DNA of 62,033 nt from Chiloscyllium plagiosum (taxonomy: Eukaryota), in NCBI RefSeq assembly GCF_004010195.1, contig NC_057718.1, positions 14,035,001 to 14,097,033 on the forward strand, in the 5' to 3' direction. Shown here piece by piece: positions 26,478-40,679 of the stretch. The notes under the pieces are model-generated. The model was not told where the DNA came from. It did not search any database and saw only the letters and a list, made by a program, of their open reading frames with translations. Position 1 is the first letter of the stretch. Each line of letters starts with the position of its first letter. The position numbers were made by a program, and so were the translations under genes.

Positions 26478-27276
26478 ATTTTAAATGCTCATCCAGATGC
26501 TTCTTAAATGTTGTGAGACTGCCTGCCTCTCAGGCACCATGGTCCATATTTCTACCACCTTCTGGGTGGCAAAAACAAATTCTAAGATCTCCTGTAAACC
26601 ACTTGCTCCTCATCTTAAATGTGTGCCTCAGGTCTTAGATATATCTACCATGGGAAAAGATTCTCATGACCTACTCTGTCTATGCGTATCATAATTTTGT
26701 ATACCTCAATTAGATTCCCACTAAACCTCCTCTGCTCCAAGGAAAGCAATCAATCCAGCCTATTCAGTCTCTCCTCATAAATGAGACATTTCATCCTTGG
26801 TAACATCCTGGTGAATTTTCTCTGCAGTGTCTCCAGTACACTCCTTCCAGTAGTGTGGTAACCAGAACTGCATACAGTATTCCATCTGTGGCCTAGCCAA
26901 TGTTTATAAGTTGTAGCAAGACTTCCTCGCTGCTATATTGTATGCTGTGGCTAACAAAGACAAGCATTCTGCCCTCTTCACCACCCTGTCTACCTGTGCA
27001 GATACCTTCAGGGATCTATGACTTGTACGTCAAAGTCCCTTTGTTCCTCAGTACTCCCTCGAGATCTGCCATTCATTATGTATGCCTTGTCCTATTAGAC
27101 TCCCAAAATGCATCACCTCACACTTAGCAGGATTAAATTTTATGTGCTATTGCTCTGCCCAATTTATCAGCTGGTCAATGTCAGAGATTGTAGCTCGAGA
27201 CCATCCTCCTCACTATTAACACCACCAATTATTGTGTCATCTGCAAACTCACTAATTATACCTTCTATATATTTGG

Positions 27277-27920
27277 GGGAGGCAATAGACTAGTGGTAAT
27301 ATCACTAGACGGGGCAGCACGGTGGCTCAGTGGTTAGCACTGCTGCCTCACAGCACCAGGGCAACTGCCTGTGTGGAGTTTGCACGTTCTTCCCGTGTCT
27401 GCGTGGGTTTCCTCCGGGTGCTCCGGTTTCCTCCTCCAGTCCAAAGATGTGCAGGTCAGGTGAATTTGTCAGGTGAAAGTGTTAGGTGGATTAGTCATGG
27501 CTAAATGTCGGGGAATGGGTGGATTACTCTTCAGAAGGACTTGTTGGGCCGAAGGGCCTGTTTCCACACTGTGGGGAATCTGTAGGGAATCTACACTATA
27601 ATTCCAGAGTCTCAGGTAGGAGGAGCCAGGTTCAAATCCCACCATGGAGGATGCAGGAATTTGAATTCAATAAAAATAAGTTTGGAGTTAAGAGTCTCAC
27701 GATGATCATGAAATTGTTGCCAATTGTTGGAAAAACCCATCTGTTTCACTAATGTCCTTGAGGGAAGGAAACTGCCAATCTTACTTAGTCTGGTCTACAT
27801 GTGACTCTGGACCCACAGCAATACGGTTGACTCTTAACCGCCCTCTGAGGAATTAGAGATGGGCAATAAATGCTAACCTAGCCAGCAATGCCTGCATACT
27901 GTGAATGAATTTTTTAAAAA
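27277..27920 (+). mobile_element. tRNA-headed SINE with Crack/L2-type tail, split by HE1
   Basis: A-box-like ctagtggt at ~27290, B box ggttcaaatccc at 27629-27640, tail gggcaataaatgct...gaatgaattt. Confidence 0.8.
27312..27595 (+). mobile_element. HE1-type V-SINE
   Basis: gggcagcacggtggctcagtggttagcac head, V-domain, ttgggccgaagggcctgtttcc tail. Confidence 0.9.
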
Positions 27921-28481
27921 AAGTGACTCAGCACCAATCCCTGTGGTATGCTGTTTGTCACAGTCTTCCAATTACAAAAATAACCTTCCACCATCACCTT
28001 TTGCCTCCTAATTGTAAGCCAGTTTGGATCCAGTTTGCCAACTTGCCTTTACATTTTGGACTAGCCTTCTATGTGAAGTCTTGTCAAAGGCCTTACTGAA
28101 ATCCACATAAACCAAATCAACTGCGTTAGCCTCATCAATATATTTAGTTACTTTTTCAAAAAAACTCAATTAAATTAGTCAGACAGCATCTCCCTCTAAC
28201 AAATTTGCGCTGACTATCCCTGATCAATCTCTGTCTTTGCAAGTATTTATTAATCTAACCTTCAGAATTTGTACCCAATAATTTCTCTACCACAGACTAA
28301 CTGATCTGTAATTACATAGCCTATCTTTGCTACTCTTCTTGAACATGGTCATTTGTAGCCAGCAAAGTACTGTATTGCAATTGTATCTGTTTGGTGTCTA
28401 GAGGAAGATTAATGGAATTAAAATATTAATGTACCTGAGTTGTTTTATATTGTAATTTTGTTTTGCAATTTCTATTTAAAG

Positions 28482-28561
28482 GTGGAGGAAGAGGAACCCA
28501 CGGGATATATACAACTTGATAAGTTCCTTCCTATGATGACTAGAGTGTTATTAGAAAGGAA
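28482..28561 (+). CDS. EFCAB2: EFCAB2/DRC8 internal coding exon C (80 nt)
   Basis: tttctatttaaag|GTG GAG GAA...AGG AA|gtgagt; VEEEEPTGYIQLDKFLPMMTRVLLER(K). Confidence 0.95.
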
Positions 28562-29919
28562 GTGAGTTCTAAGTCTTTATTTGTTGATTTATATACTAAT
28601 TTCTTTAAGTGCCTTGATAATTTATGAAGTAAAAATTTATCACTGTGATGATCAAAAATTTCCAATCTGTTACAACATCATTTGTTAACATCCAAACAGA
28701 TATTTTGCCACATTTTCTATAAATATTTTTAGGACTGCATATTAATTATTGTTCCACATTCCTAATCTTCCACAAATGCTTAAATAAACTTCATTGGTGT
28801 TAAACTGCTGGGATGATTGGGAATTTTAGCAGTTTGTGAAAGTGAGGTGCCAGGCCTGAGAATGGCCGATTCCAACTCATTTATGTTGTTACCTGTTGGC
28901 ATCAAAATCTTGTTTGAAAGATCTTACACAGATAGCTGATGTGTTTTCATTGAAATTCCATGTGTAGACCTTCTCAGTATTTTCCTTTGGTCTCTCTTTG
29001 TATTGTTCAGCGGACTGCAGTTATGGGAGCCACCAATTTTCTTTGGGGGCAACTTAGCAGGGACTAAGATCTAATTCAAAAGGTGTAACCTTTTTAAGTT
29101 TTCGTTTTTAAGTATGTAGGATTTTATAGGATGTTGAACTATCATAGAATTGAATAATGAAGCAACAGACATTGTGATGAATAGTGCCACCATGTGCCCA
29201 AAGTATTCATCAACATCCTAGAAACCCTTTTCCAACACAGACTTATTTCACTTTGACAGACAGTGATTGAGTTTCATTTTGAACTACTAATAACTTTGAT
29301 TTGTTTCTACTGTTCTATGGCCATGTTACAATTGAAACAATGATATCCATGCATGATTCAGTCATGGTGGATTTTGTTTGGTCCTTTTAGCTTGTGTTCA
29401 AAGTTTCGGATTTGAGGTTTTGCCTTCTAATAACTTTTATTTCCTTGGAGCCTGTGTGTTAGTCAACGTATTCATTTTATCAACTGTATAGGTTTGGCTC
29501 CAGCAGGAGTTTGGAAAGGCAGTGATCAAAGCTATACTGCTTACTGGGAGCAGATCCACATGCCGAGCTGCCTGCAACAGGTGGTCTTAATTCATCACAG
29601 TTTCAGAGATTTTCATCACCCTCTGATGCATTTAGGTTATTGTTCCAAATTGATTTTCTGATTTTTTTTAATTTATAGAACTGACCCACATCTATTTGCC
29701 TCTATTTTGAAATCCAAATCTAGAATATTTATAGATATATCAAGTGCTCCAATCACCAAAACAGTGAGAGACTGTTGTAATTTTAGATTTTTATAGAATT
29801 GTTTTGTTTTGATTTACTGATGATTGATTAACAGTTTCTCTACATGAACATATTTCTCCAATGATATTAAAGCTACATATTTTTATTCTATTCATGCTGG
29901 CCTTGAACTTTTATTTACT

Positions 29920-30305
29920 CTTATTTATTCTTTAATGGGATCTGGGCATTGCTGCCAAGGCCAGCATTTGTTGACCATCCCACAGCCCTTTCACTGGGTT
30001 GCTTGCTAGGCCACTTTCAGGAGGCCGCTAAGAGTTAAGAACATTGCTGTGGTCCTGGAGTCACATGTAAACCAAACTAGGTACAGTTAGCAGATTTCCA
30101 TCACTAAAGAACATTAGTGAATTCGATAGATTTTCACTGACAATTGATGTTGACTTCATGGCTACCATCACTGAGCCTAACATTTTGTTTTCATATTTGC
30201 TTAATTGAATTTTAATTAACCACTATTCATGGTGGGACATGTCCCTTGGGCAATACTTTGGGTCTCTGTGTTATTCTTTTGTTGACTACTATGCTACTGT
30301 CTCCC
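29920..30305 (-). mobile_element. tRNA-headed SINE with Crack/L2-type tail (long-head variant)
   Basis: Same core as 27277 in reverse, with extra gaaagtggcctagcaagcaacccag before the tail. Confidence 0.75.
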
Positions 30306-31169
30306 CTTATAATTAGCAATTACCTTGTTTGTGATGAACAAACAAACAAATTCAGTATTTTACCCTGTATAACCAAGCTTTCTTCAAAATGATGGATATT
30401 GGCATTTAGGAAAGAAGTTTACAGACTAAATTGGCTAATAATTAGATACTAAACGATAAATAAAAAGTATTTTCTGAGGATAATTGACTGCCTAATTATT
30501 ATCCCTATTTACACAAGTGTTCCTTAAGTCTGTTTATTCACATGTTTCTACATATTAAAAAAATGATTTTTGTTATATGAAATGAAACAATGATCATGAT
30601 TATATCAAGGAATCAAACCACTTTGTTATCTAAATGTGATAAATATCTGAATTTTCTTATTAGACTACGTTTCCAGAAATTTAAATTAATAATGTACTCC
30701 CTGTGCTTTGTACTGTACAGGTACATTTTCAGTTTAACTGCATTGTTTTTATTCTTTTATTCCTCTGACTTGCAAATTATATATAATCATCTGGTGTGGA
30801 ATTCTAGCATTTGGTCACTGATGTGATGTGACAAAGATTAAAATGAAAAGAGAATTCCCTGTAAAATTGACTGCACAAAGGCATCGTATTGTATTTAACA
30901 GTTATTATTTTCCCCATCTTCTGTACCAATTACGGATAGAATGAGAAAAATTATTGAGGCTGCAATTTACACATAGGTAGGAGAGAGGGAAGTTTCAGAT
31001 GGCGTTATAAACCAGAGTAGTAGTGCCTGAATGACTACTGGTATTACCTGAATCAATGGTAAATATTTCAGTCAATAATCTTTGATTTTTAACTGTAAAA
31101 TGAAATTATATGAATTGCAGTAGGATTACATTCATCACTCTAATCCTACTATTCCATGAGTCACATCAG

Positions 31170-31385
31170 AGTTGAGATAAGGGAAGGATTTTCAGGATAG
31201 CAACATATAACCAGTGGAGTGCCACAGAAATCAGTGTTGGGATCACAGCTATTAACAATATATATTAATGACTTGAATGAGGAAAGTGAATAGACCTGGT
31301 CAGGTTTGTGGGTGACACAAAAATAAGTAGGAAGGCAAGTGGTGAGGATAACACAAAGCGTCTGCAGAGGTATATGGACGAGTTA
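31170..31385 (+). mobile_element. CR1 RT fragment
   Basis: accagtggagtgccacagaaatcagtgttgg (SGVPQ.SVLG); tttgtgggtgacacaaaa (F.DDTK-like). Confidence 0.7.
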
Positions 31386-31389
31386 AAAT

Positions 31390-31566
31390 GTTCAGTGGTG
31401 CCTCCGGGCGAAGCACTGCTGATCATTCCTGCTATCTATTTGGGTTTCTTTGGGTTGATGATGTCATTTCCTGTGGTGATGTCATTTCTTGTTTTTTCTC
31501 GGGGGGTGGGAGATGGGGTCTAACGCGATGTGTTCGTTGATAGAGTTCCAGTTGGAATGCCATGCT
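31390..31566 (-). mobile_element. PLE 3' fragment related to the 20192-23159 element, truncated by L1
   Basis: Aligns by eye to 20262-20445 (cctcc.gg.gaagcactg...gatgtcatttcctgtg...gttggaatgccat). Confidence 0.75.
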
Positions 31567-34500
31567 TTTTCTTATAATATATTTTTAAATATATAGATTT
31601 TTAAATATGACAACAAATACAAAACAGTACAATTCAAAACAGTACAAAAATAGTACAAAAATAAACCCAAATAATAAAAAAAATTCCCCAACCCACCCTC
31701 CTGTACAAATGTATAAACATATATCGAGAAATATAAAATTAAAAAAAACTTAAACTAGCTATTTAACTAAATAAATAAATAACTAACAACAAACAAATAA
31801 ATAGTAATAACTCAGCCCAGCCAAAAAACACTCATACGTTCACAGTTCCTCCTCCCTGGATATTGGACTTATGAAACTCAATCGTTACAGCTACATAAAA
31901 GCTCTTGTTAGTGTGGCAGATAAATCTGGGTCCAGGTATTTCAAAAAGGGTTGCGAGGTCTTGTAAAAATTCTCAGTTTTGTGGTGTACCATTTTGGGAG
32001 AAAATCCAGGGGAATATGCTCCATAACAATCTTCCGCCAACCCGACAGGCCTGGGGGGGTTTTCGGATATCCAAACTAGCAAGATATTCTTCCTTGCACA
32101 GAACGTAAGAATATTGAAAAGCTTTTTCTTATGCGCGTCTGCAGGAAATACAATGGGTAGGCCCAAAAGGAGAGAAATAGGGTCCTTGTCCACCCCTACA
32201 CCCAAAATCCTCTCCATTGTGCCCGCCACAATATGTTTGAAGCCTGTCGCAAGACTAGAGACACTGGATAGGAGTGCCCGTGCAGACCTTGCACTTGGGA
32301 CATGCTGAAGGTACCCCTGGTTTAAATTTTATCAGACTCATCTGAGGTGGCACCCCCCCACTTGGTGATATAGAGTATTAATAGAGAGTGTACTCTTAGC
32401 CCTTAGTACCCCGCTTTCTATGTCAGATTTGTAGGGATCAGTCAAAAGTGTGATCCTTTTTTGAATAAAATCCCTAACTTGAAAAAAACGAAAGAGGTCT
32501 CTATTAGGTAACTTGTACTTCCGTACTAACTGATCGAAGGACATCATTACGTCTCCCTCAAATAAATCACCCATGCAAGATATACCTCTAGCTGCCCAAT
32601 GTTTAAATCCTGAATCTATTATACCTGGTTGAAAACTCAGCATACCCACTAAATGTGTAAACAAAGATGTTTTGCCAATATTACCTTCCCTCTGCCGAAT
32701 TGCCCTCCATGCTTTAACAGTATTGATGACTATTGGGTTATGGTAATAGTCCCTAACTGTCCTCATCTTGTCCAAAATCAGCAAACTGGTAAGGGGGCAC
32801 CTTGCCTGGGAGGCTTTGATATATAGCCATATTGAAAGAGGGTCCCCACAAACCCAATCACTCATGTCAGTCAAAAGCGTGCTTAATTGGTAATTTTTAA
32901 TGTCTGGAAAGTCTACTCCCTCCAATCTGTGAGGCAACTGCAGTTTGGCTAATTTAATGGGGGGCCATTTATGGCGCCAGATAAAGGAGCTGAACCAGCC
33001 GTTGAGTCTCCTGAGTGTTTGTTTATTGAAAATCAGGGGGAGCATCTGTATAGGGTATAGCAAATGAGGGAGAATATTCATCTTAATAAGCGCTATCCGA
33101 CCCAACCACGAGACTGGAAGTGCCTCCCATCTTTGGAGATCTTGTTTAAATTTTCCAAATAATTGAGTAAAATTAGCTTTGAACAGCCAATCCAGCACTG
33201 GAGTAATGAATATGCCCAAATACAAGAGCCAACTCTTTCGTAAGATCACCCATAGGCATAGCCTCTGATTTAGCAAAATTAATCTTATACCCTGAAAAAG
33301 CGCCAAACGCGTGAATGCATTGTATCAGGCAAGGCATTGAAACTGCTGGATTTCTCAAGAAAATTAGAAAATCGTCTGCATACAGCGAGATCTTATGTAA
33401 TTTTGACCCCACTTCTGGAGCTGATATATTGAGATCCCCACGAATGGCCTCTGCCAACAGTTCAATCACCAACGTAAAAAGTAATGGTGAAAGGGGACAG
33501 CCCTGCCGGCTGCCCCTAGAAATATTAAAATTCTTGATCGTACCCCATTGTACAGCCACTCAACTTGGTTAAATGCCTTCTCTGCATCTAAAGAAATCAC
33601 CAATCCCTGTATTGACTGCTGTCGGCATGCTTGAATTACGTTAAGCTGCCTCCTAATGTTATTGGAGGATCTGTGACCCTTTATGAAGCCCGTCTGATCC
33701 TCTTTAATAATAGAGGGTAACACAGTCTCCAGCCTTAACGCAAGAGCCTTAGAGAGGATCTTAAAGTCCACATTTAAGAGCGAGATGGGCCTGTATGAAG
33801 CACAGTCTTCCGGAACCTCCCCTTATTTAAGGATAAGTGAAATATTGGCCTCTCTCAGAGATGGTGGGAGATAATCTTGACTGTATGCATCATTAAACAT
33901 ATTCAGCATCGGGCCTGACAGTATACTTATAAATTCCTTATAGAATTCACTGGGAAATCCATCAGGACTGGGTGCCTTTCCACTCTGAAGCTGCCTCACA
34001 GCTTCCTGCACTTCTTGCTCTGATAATGGGGCATTGAGAAAGGACTGTTGTTCGGGAGTCACACCCGGGAGCTTCAGATCTCTAAAAGAAGATTCCATTT
34101 TGGCTTGCCCCTCCTCACAATTCTCAGACCGATATAACTTAGAGTAGAATCTTTGGAACGCCACATTAATATTTTTAGAATCACATGTTAGGTTCCCAGA
34201 CTCTTCCCTAATCGCTGTAATGGTTTGTGGGGCACTTCTCTTTCTGGCAAGGTATGCTAAGTATTTGCGTGGCTTGTCACCATGCTTGTATAACCTTTGC
34301 TTTGCAAAAGCCAGCTCCTTCTTTGCCGTCTGCGTGAGCACAGAATTTAGTGCAGATCGCAGTACCGTAATCCTCTGTAGTTTGACCAATGAGAGTGTGT
34401 CAAAATAGGCCTTCCCGGCTGCCTTCAACTGTGCTTCAAGGAGACGTTGCTGCTCACCCTTCTGTCACTTCCTACTTGTGGAATATGAAATAACTAACCC

Positions 34501-36263
34501 CCTGGCATAAGCTTTGGCAGTTTCCCAGAGAACAGATGAGCTATCAATCGAGCCTATGTTGATGTCTAGGAATGCCCAAAATTCCCTAGAGAAATACTCC
34601 ACAAACTTGCTGTCAATGAGAATAAAGGGTCCATTCGCCAGTACCTTGAATCCACTGTAACATCCTTAATTTTAACCATGAGGTACACTGGAGCATGATC
34701 AGAGATGGCAATAGTACCAATCGTACAGGATGCCACCAGATTCAGGGTTACCGCAGGTGTCAGAAAAAAAATCAATCCTTGTGTGACATCTGTGTGGATT
34801 GGAGAAAAATGTGAAATCCCTACCTGTAGGGTGGAGACACCTCCAGACGTCCACCAATCCTAATTCCCCACACAAACCCAATAACTGTTTAGTTTGTGCA
34901 AAGGGTATCGAGAGACCTTTAGGCCACCTGTCTACTGTGGGGTCCATGAGGCAGTTAAAATCTCCCCCTATAATGATGTGCCGAGACTTGAGACTTATCA
35001 GTTTAGATAAAGCATCTACCAAGAATTTAAGAGGATGAGCTGGGGGACAATAAACATTTATTATGCCATATTCTTCCCCTTTTATCAAGGCTTTAAGAAT
35101 TACAAACCTTCCGTTTGTGTCTTTAACACATTCCAACAATTTAAATGGGAGATTTTTCCTAACCAATTTAGCCACTCCCCTACTTCTGGTATTAAATGAT
35201 GAAAAATAAACTCGGTCAAAGCCATTCTGCTGTAATTTCAGATGCTCCTTGTCATCCAAATGTGTCTCCTGTAACAAAGCAATAGCCACTTTCTCCTTTC
35301 TAAGACTCAAGAGTACCTTCTTCCTCTTAATTGGTGAGTGACTTCCCTTGATATTCCAGGTACACCATTTAATCAAATCATTAGCCATAATCTTCTGCAA
35401 TTACATTTAAATTCCATAGAGGAGGCATCGCAAGCACAAGCTAAAAAGAATAAACACCCCATAGAATATCAATATGAATAAAAAAACATTCTTTTATTTA
35501 AAAAAGGGGAATAAATACCCCACCCATCCTTTTAAACTTAGAAATTTAAAATGTACATCTTAACAACCGCCAGACATAGTTTGAACCAAATTATTATCAA
35601 TAGAGGTAAACAAAAGGGGAAAAAACAAAGCTCCAACCGGATTTCCTCCATTTCTTTTACAGAATGATAAGCGTATACCCAAGCAACGATATTTATACAT
35701 ACTACAATTGTTTAACTTACTGTTAGTTTGTCCACAAAGTCTCTTGCCTTCTCCGATGTGTCTAAGAGGTGCATGGATCCATCTAAGGTGATCCGAAGCA
35801 CTGCCGGATATCTCAGGGAGTACTGAATCCCAAGCTCCTTCAATCTTCTCTTGACACCATCATATGATTTTCGTTTCTGGATCACCGCCGCTGAAAAGTC
35901 CTGAAAAAACATGATCTTAGACCCCTCATAAATTAGGGCCTGTGGATCCTCCCCCTGGAGTCTGGAAGCCTCCATGACTCTCTCCTTACCCCGGTAATGA
36001 TGGAACCGCACCAGGAAAGGACGAGGGCATTGACCCAGACCCTACCTCCGTGCTGCAACCCGGTGAGCCCTCTCTATCTTCAATCCTCTCATGCCAGTCT
36101 CCAAGTCAAGGAATTTTGGAAGCCAATCTTCAACAAATTCCGCAAGCCGCTCACCTTCCTTACCCTCAGGCAACCGATGATCCGAATGTTTTTTCTCCTG
36201 CCCCTGTTTTCAAGATATTCTACTTGGTCACGCAAATTACGAACCTGCGTCTTAAAGACTTGA
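31567..36263 (-). mobile_element. L1-clade LINE: ORF1 C-terminus, decayed ORF2 and 3' UTR, cut by assembly gap
   Basis: ORF1: LENRGRRKNIRIIG...FFQDFS...YSLRYPAVL. ORF2 from ATG 35388: TWNIKG, LLQETHL, GGDFN, SDHAP, DQTGFIKG, SLDAEKAF, RQGCPLSPLLF, LYADD, C-terminal CPKC..C knuckle near 32250-32302. Confidence 0.95.
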
Positions 36264-36763
36264 NNNNNNNNNNNNNNNNNNNNNNNNNNNNNNNNNNNNN
36301 NNNNNNNNNNNNNNNNNNNNNNNNNNNNNNNNNNNNNNNNNNNNNNNNNNNNNNNNNNNNNNNNNNNNNNNNNNNNNNNNNNNNNNNNNNNNNNNNNNNN
36401 NNNNNNNNNNNNNNNNNNNNNNNNNNNNNNNNNNNNNNNNNNNNNNNNNNNNNNNNNNNNNNNNNNNNNNNNNNNNNNNNNNNNNNNNNNNNNNNNNNNN
36501 NNNNNNNNNNNNNNNNNNNNNNNNNNNNNNNNNNNNNNNNNNNNNNNNNNNNNNNNNNNNNNNNNNNNNNNNNNNNNNNNNNNNNNNNNNNNNNNNNNNN
36601 NNNNNNNNNNNNNNNNNNNNNNNNNNNNNNNNNNNNNNNNNNNNNNNNNNNNNNNNNNNNNNNNNNNNNNNNNNNNNNNNNNNNNNNNNNNNNNNNNNNN
36701 NNNNNNNNNNNNNNNNNNNNNNNNNNNNNNNNNNNNNNNNNNNNNNNNNNNNNNNNNNNNNNN
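36264..36763. other. Assembly gap (500 N)
   Basis: Run of N; the round size suggests a scaffolding placeholder. Confidence 1.
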
Positions 36764-36854
36764 TTTCAATTTTCCAGTACACTATGAGACTGCTTCTTGC
36801 AAGCTCTCAGTGCAGAACATGATTCACTCTCTCTTAAAGGTACAGTACATGTCT

Positions 36855-37048
36855 TCAACTGCCAGAGGAAGTGATGGATGCAGGTACAGTTACAACATTT
36901 GAAAGACATTTGGATAAGTACATGAATTGGAACGGTTTGGAGTGATATGGGCCAAATGCAGGCAAGTAGGTCTAGTTTGGTTTGGGAACATAATTGGCGT
37001 GGACTAGCTGGACCAAAATGACTGTTTCCATTCTGTGTGACTCTATTG
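36855..37048 (+). mobile_element. CR1 3' tail
   Basis: gccagaggaagtgatggatgcagg...gacatttggataagtacatg...tgtgactcta. Confidence 0.85.
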
Positions 37049-38954
37049 GTTTAATATCAATCAAAACATATATTCGATAAAAATGTAAAAATAAATTAAC
37101 AGTCAGTAATACAGAAATATAAAAGTATCTCCCTCTAAATAACCCACAAATCACACACACAAACACATACTCTTTAGGAAAAGGGGAAAATAACCAAACT
37201 TTTCTGCAGAGATTGTCTTTCTGAAAAAAAAAGAAAAAAATGCTTTGACCTGTAGGTTGCCTTCAAGGCTTTGAGCTAGAAGATAAAGCATTAAATATTC
37301 TGGAGTCATTGCTCTGATGTTCTAGCATGGTAGTGTAATCACAAACCATGTATTACATGGTCTCTGAATCTTGCAGACACAAATTACTCAGGAAATATTG
37401 AGATGTTTCCTCAATCACTTTTTCAAAATAACAAATAGATTTCACCCTGAGGTCACTGACAGGGTTTTTTAAAAAATGAAAGAGATCAGCTATGCAGCAT
37501 ATTCTAAGTAGGCTTCCCTCCAAATGAACCAGGTAAAACAAGCCCCTTTCAACAACAATCACTGTTAAGAAACAGTCCTAGCAAGGATGTATAGTTAGCA
37601 TCATCCATGTGACTTACAAGCAGCCTTTTTAAAAAAAATCTGATGTCCAAAGTGAACTCTCAATGACCTCTTTTAAATAAACTACTCCAGGTATTTCCAC
37701 AAAACTTGAAATAAATCAATTTCTACAATCTTTCAAAACCTAAGTCTTCTAAACAATATTAAATGTAAAGTGTCAATGTAAGGCATGTGTATAAAGTGTA
37801 TATTGAACTTATTAACCATTCTATTGCCTTAGTATGAGGCAGTGCAAGCCTAACCACTAGTGACACCATGTCGTGTATGTTTCATCGCCTTATGTGCAGT
37901 CAGATTCCTGTAGTACTTATTTTCTCATTGACTCCACACATTTCTTTGATGGTTAGCTGAGAGTTTGATTTAAAATGGTCCCTCATGCTCTGAAATTGGA
38001 CTATTCAAATAGTAACCCTTACTGCATGCATATAAAATTGCATGTTTCACTTTCTGAGAAATTAATGAGTTCATTGACTACATATAGGCATCCTTTTGCA
38101 TTCAAATAAATATTCCCCTCAATAGTTAGTAGGTTTCCTATATTCTATTTCCAATTGTGATGGATTGGCAGAGCATAATGTGGCTGTTGTTTACCCTGGA
38201 GATTCAGATGACATCTTAAAGCAATAATAGTAAAACTCAAAATGTAGTTTAAAGTTCAAAGTGGCTAATTTCTTGAGATTGGCATGCAGATTTCATTTTC
38301 ACATCTATCTAGTATTGGTGTACTAATTATCATTGTCTAATTCTGAAGACACTTTTAGCTTAAGTTTCAGGATTAGATTTTACTCACTGACTCATGCCTA
38401 CCATTTCTGTACAGTGGTGAAATATAGGAAGAACATAAAAGGAACAAAGGATGAGAAGAAACCCATTTGAAAATTGATGGCACTGAGAATTACAAAATAG
38501 GATGACTGATAGGATATTGTAATTCAGAAAAGATTGAGCGTTTTAGTTCACAGAATGGACAGCTCTTACATCCGAAGGATGACCATTGATAGTGCTAAAA
38601 ATTGCAGTCAGTGTAATTTACCTTTGGGCTATGTTTCCCAGTATATAACAAAAAGATACTGTCAGACAATTCTAGTACATCTGCAGGCAAACATCTGTGT
38701 GACATTATAGACTTACGGAACAAAAGAAAACAACTAATTTCAAGATATGCCATAACATATCTTCTTTTTGAGAAAATGGAAATTAAACAAATGAAAACCA
38801 ATGCATTGTTTTCCTCTATTGCACTTGCCTGACTAAGTAAAACATATCCAGATACTTAAAGGACTATCTTGTTGCATTTAGGAAATCACTGCTTTGAACT
38901 ATACCAGATAACTCCATAAATCACTGACAAAGTCTTCTTGACTGCAGAATTAGT

Positions 38955-39280
38955 TTTTAAAAATTCTTTACTGGGATGAGGGCATCACTGGCTAGGCAGC
39001 ATTTATTGTCCATCCCTAATTGCCCAAATGGCAGTTGAGAGTCAACCACTTTGTTGTGGTTCTGGAGTCACATGTAGGCCAGACCAGGTAAGGACAGCAG
39101 ACTTCCTTCCCTAAAGGACAGTAGTGAACCACATGGGCTTTTCTGACAATTGGCAATGGATTTATGGTAATCATTAGATTCTTAATTCCAGATATTATTG
39201 AATTCTGCCATGGTGGGATTCGAACCTGGGTTTCTGGATTAACAGTCCAGTGATAATATTACTAGGCCATCACCTTCCCT
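38955..39280 (-). mobile_element. tRNA-headed SINE with Crack/L2-type tail
   Basis: Perfect B box ggttcgaatccc on minus strand at 39215-39226; A-box-like tggcctagtaata; shared core and tail. Confidence 0.85.
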
Positions 39281-39335
39281 CATTAAATTCTAAATTGCTG
39301 GTTCTGGGTTCTACTGCTAAAGATGGAAAAATCTG

Positions 39336-39997
39336 TGTTATGGACCAGGACAAACCCCCTCAAAGCATATCAAGAAAATAGCCTAGTCCCTAACTTTTAT
39401 CTTATTTAAAGGCAAGTTTAAGTTGCTGTTCCAGATGTGATTCAATTTGTCAAACTACTTGACTTTAAGCAAAACACATTTTATTCTTACACCACAGTTT
39501 AAGTACAAACAAAAAAAAGCATAACTCTATTGAAATACTTAACAAGATAATATATTATTTAACTACAACTCATCAACTATTCCAAAATAGCAACCTCCCA
39601 TAAACACACACTTGGCAAAGGCAAATTCAGCAAAACAGATTTCCCTCATTTGCTATCTCCAGTCCAAAAGAAGGAACACTGTCAGAATGTATCTATCAGC
39701 AGAAACAGAACCCAAGCTTTTGCAAAAGCAGGGAGACAGAACTGTATCCAGCAGCTTTAACTCCAAAACCCAACTTCAACTCCAAAACCCAACTTCAAAA
39801 ACTGAAAGCAAAACTAAAACCGTGTGAGTGTGAGGCTGACTCCACCCACTTATGCTTCCTTTGTCTACTTTACAAAAAAACCCAAAGTTACTTACACTGC
39901 TTTCCATGGAGTGGACACCTTGTCACCAGGTTTACAACATGCCTCTTCAAGAGAAGCAGGACAGAAAAAATCCCTCTTAAAGGCACAACTCATCACA
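39336..39997 (-). mobile_element. Solo LTR-like repeat (family also at 50013-50344 and 52609-54395)
   Basis: TGTTATGG...CATCACA ends; minus-strand AATAAA near 39480; three homologous copies with the same left end. Confidence 0.65.
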
Positions 39998-40202
39998 CTG
40001 TAAAGGACAAAATCAGACAATCATCCATGTAACCTGTCAAAGCTGAACTCCCAATGTCAGTGATCATGTCACACAACTGAAGATTCTACCTTTACTTACA
40101 CTGTTAACACTTTTCTTGGGTTAAAGTGAGAATGAAGTCACAATGATATATAAAATCCTGGAATAAAAACCACTGAAAGGAAAAAGACCTATCTATACAT
40201 AA

Positions 40203-40320
40203 TGGGCAACATGGTGGCTTAGTGGTTAGCAATGCTGCCTCACAGTGTCAGTGACCTGGGTTCAGTTGCCTGAGTAAAGTTTGCATGTTCTCCCTGTGTC
40301 TGTATGGGTTTCCACAAGGC
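40203..40320 (+). mobile_element. Old HE1 SINE 5' fragment
   Basis: gggcaacatggtggcttagtggttagcaatgctgcctcacag...tttgcatgttctccctgtgtctg. Confidence 0.8.
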
Positions 40321-40324
40321 TTTC

Positions 40325-40678
40325 CTTTGTTCATTCACAGGATATGGGCTTTGCTGGCTAGGCCAGCATTTATTGCCTATCCCTAAATGCCCAGAGGGAA
40401 GTTAAGAGTCAAACACATTGCTGGATCTGGAGTCACATATAGCCTAGACCAGGTAAGGATGGGTAGTTTCCTTCACTAAAGGGCATTAGTGAACCAGCTA
40501 GAGTTTCCCCACAATTGGCAATGGATTCATGGTCATCATTAGACTCTTAATTCCAGACATTTTTTATTGAATTCAAATTCCACTATCTGCTGTGGCGGGA
40601 TTTGAGCCCAGACCCCTAAATCATTACCTGGATCTCTAGATTAACAGTCCAGCGAAAATACCACTAGACCATCACCTT
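40325..40678 (-). mobile_element. tRNA-headed SINE with Crack/L2-type tail
   Basis: Same family as 38955-39280, full length. Confidence 0.85.
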
Positions 40679-40679
40679 G

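Larger units (their letters stand above)
26135..28345 (-). mobile_element. Old CR1 LINE interrupted by a hairpin element and two SINEs
   Basis: Minus-strand CR1 3' UTR at ~26135-26260, RT region (tgtcatctgcaaac = FADDT; tcaaaggccttactgaaatcc = DFSKAFD). Confidence 0.8.

Noticed and set aside
36050..36787. Long ORFs of 176-245 aa
   Set aside because: Artefacts of translating through the N gap.
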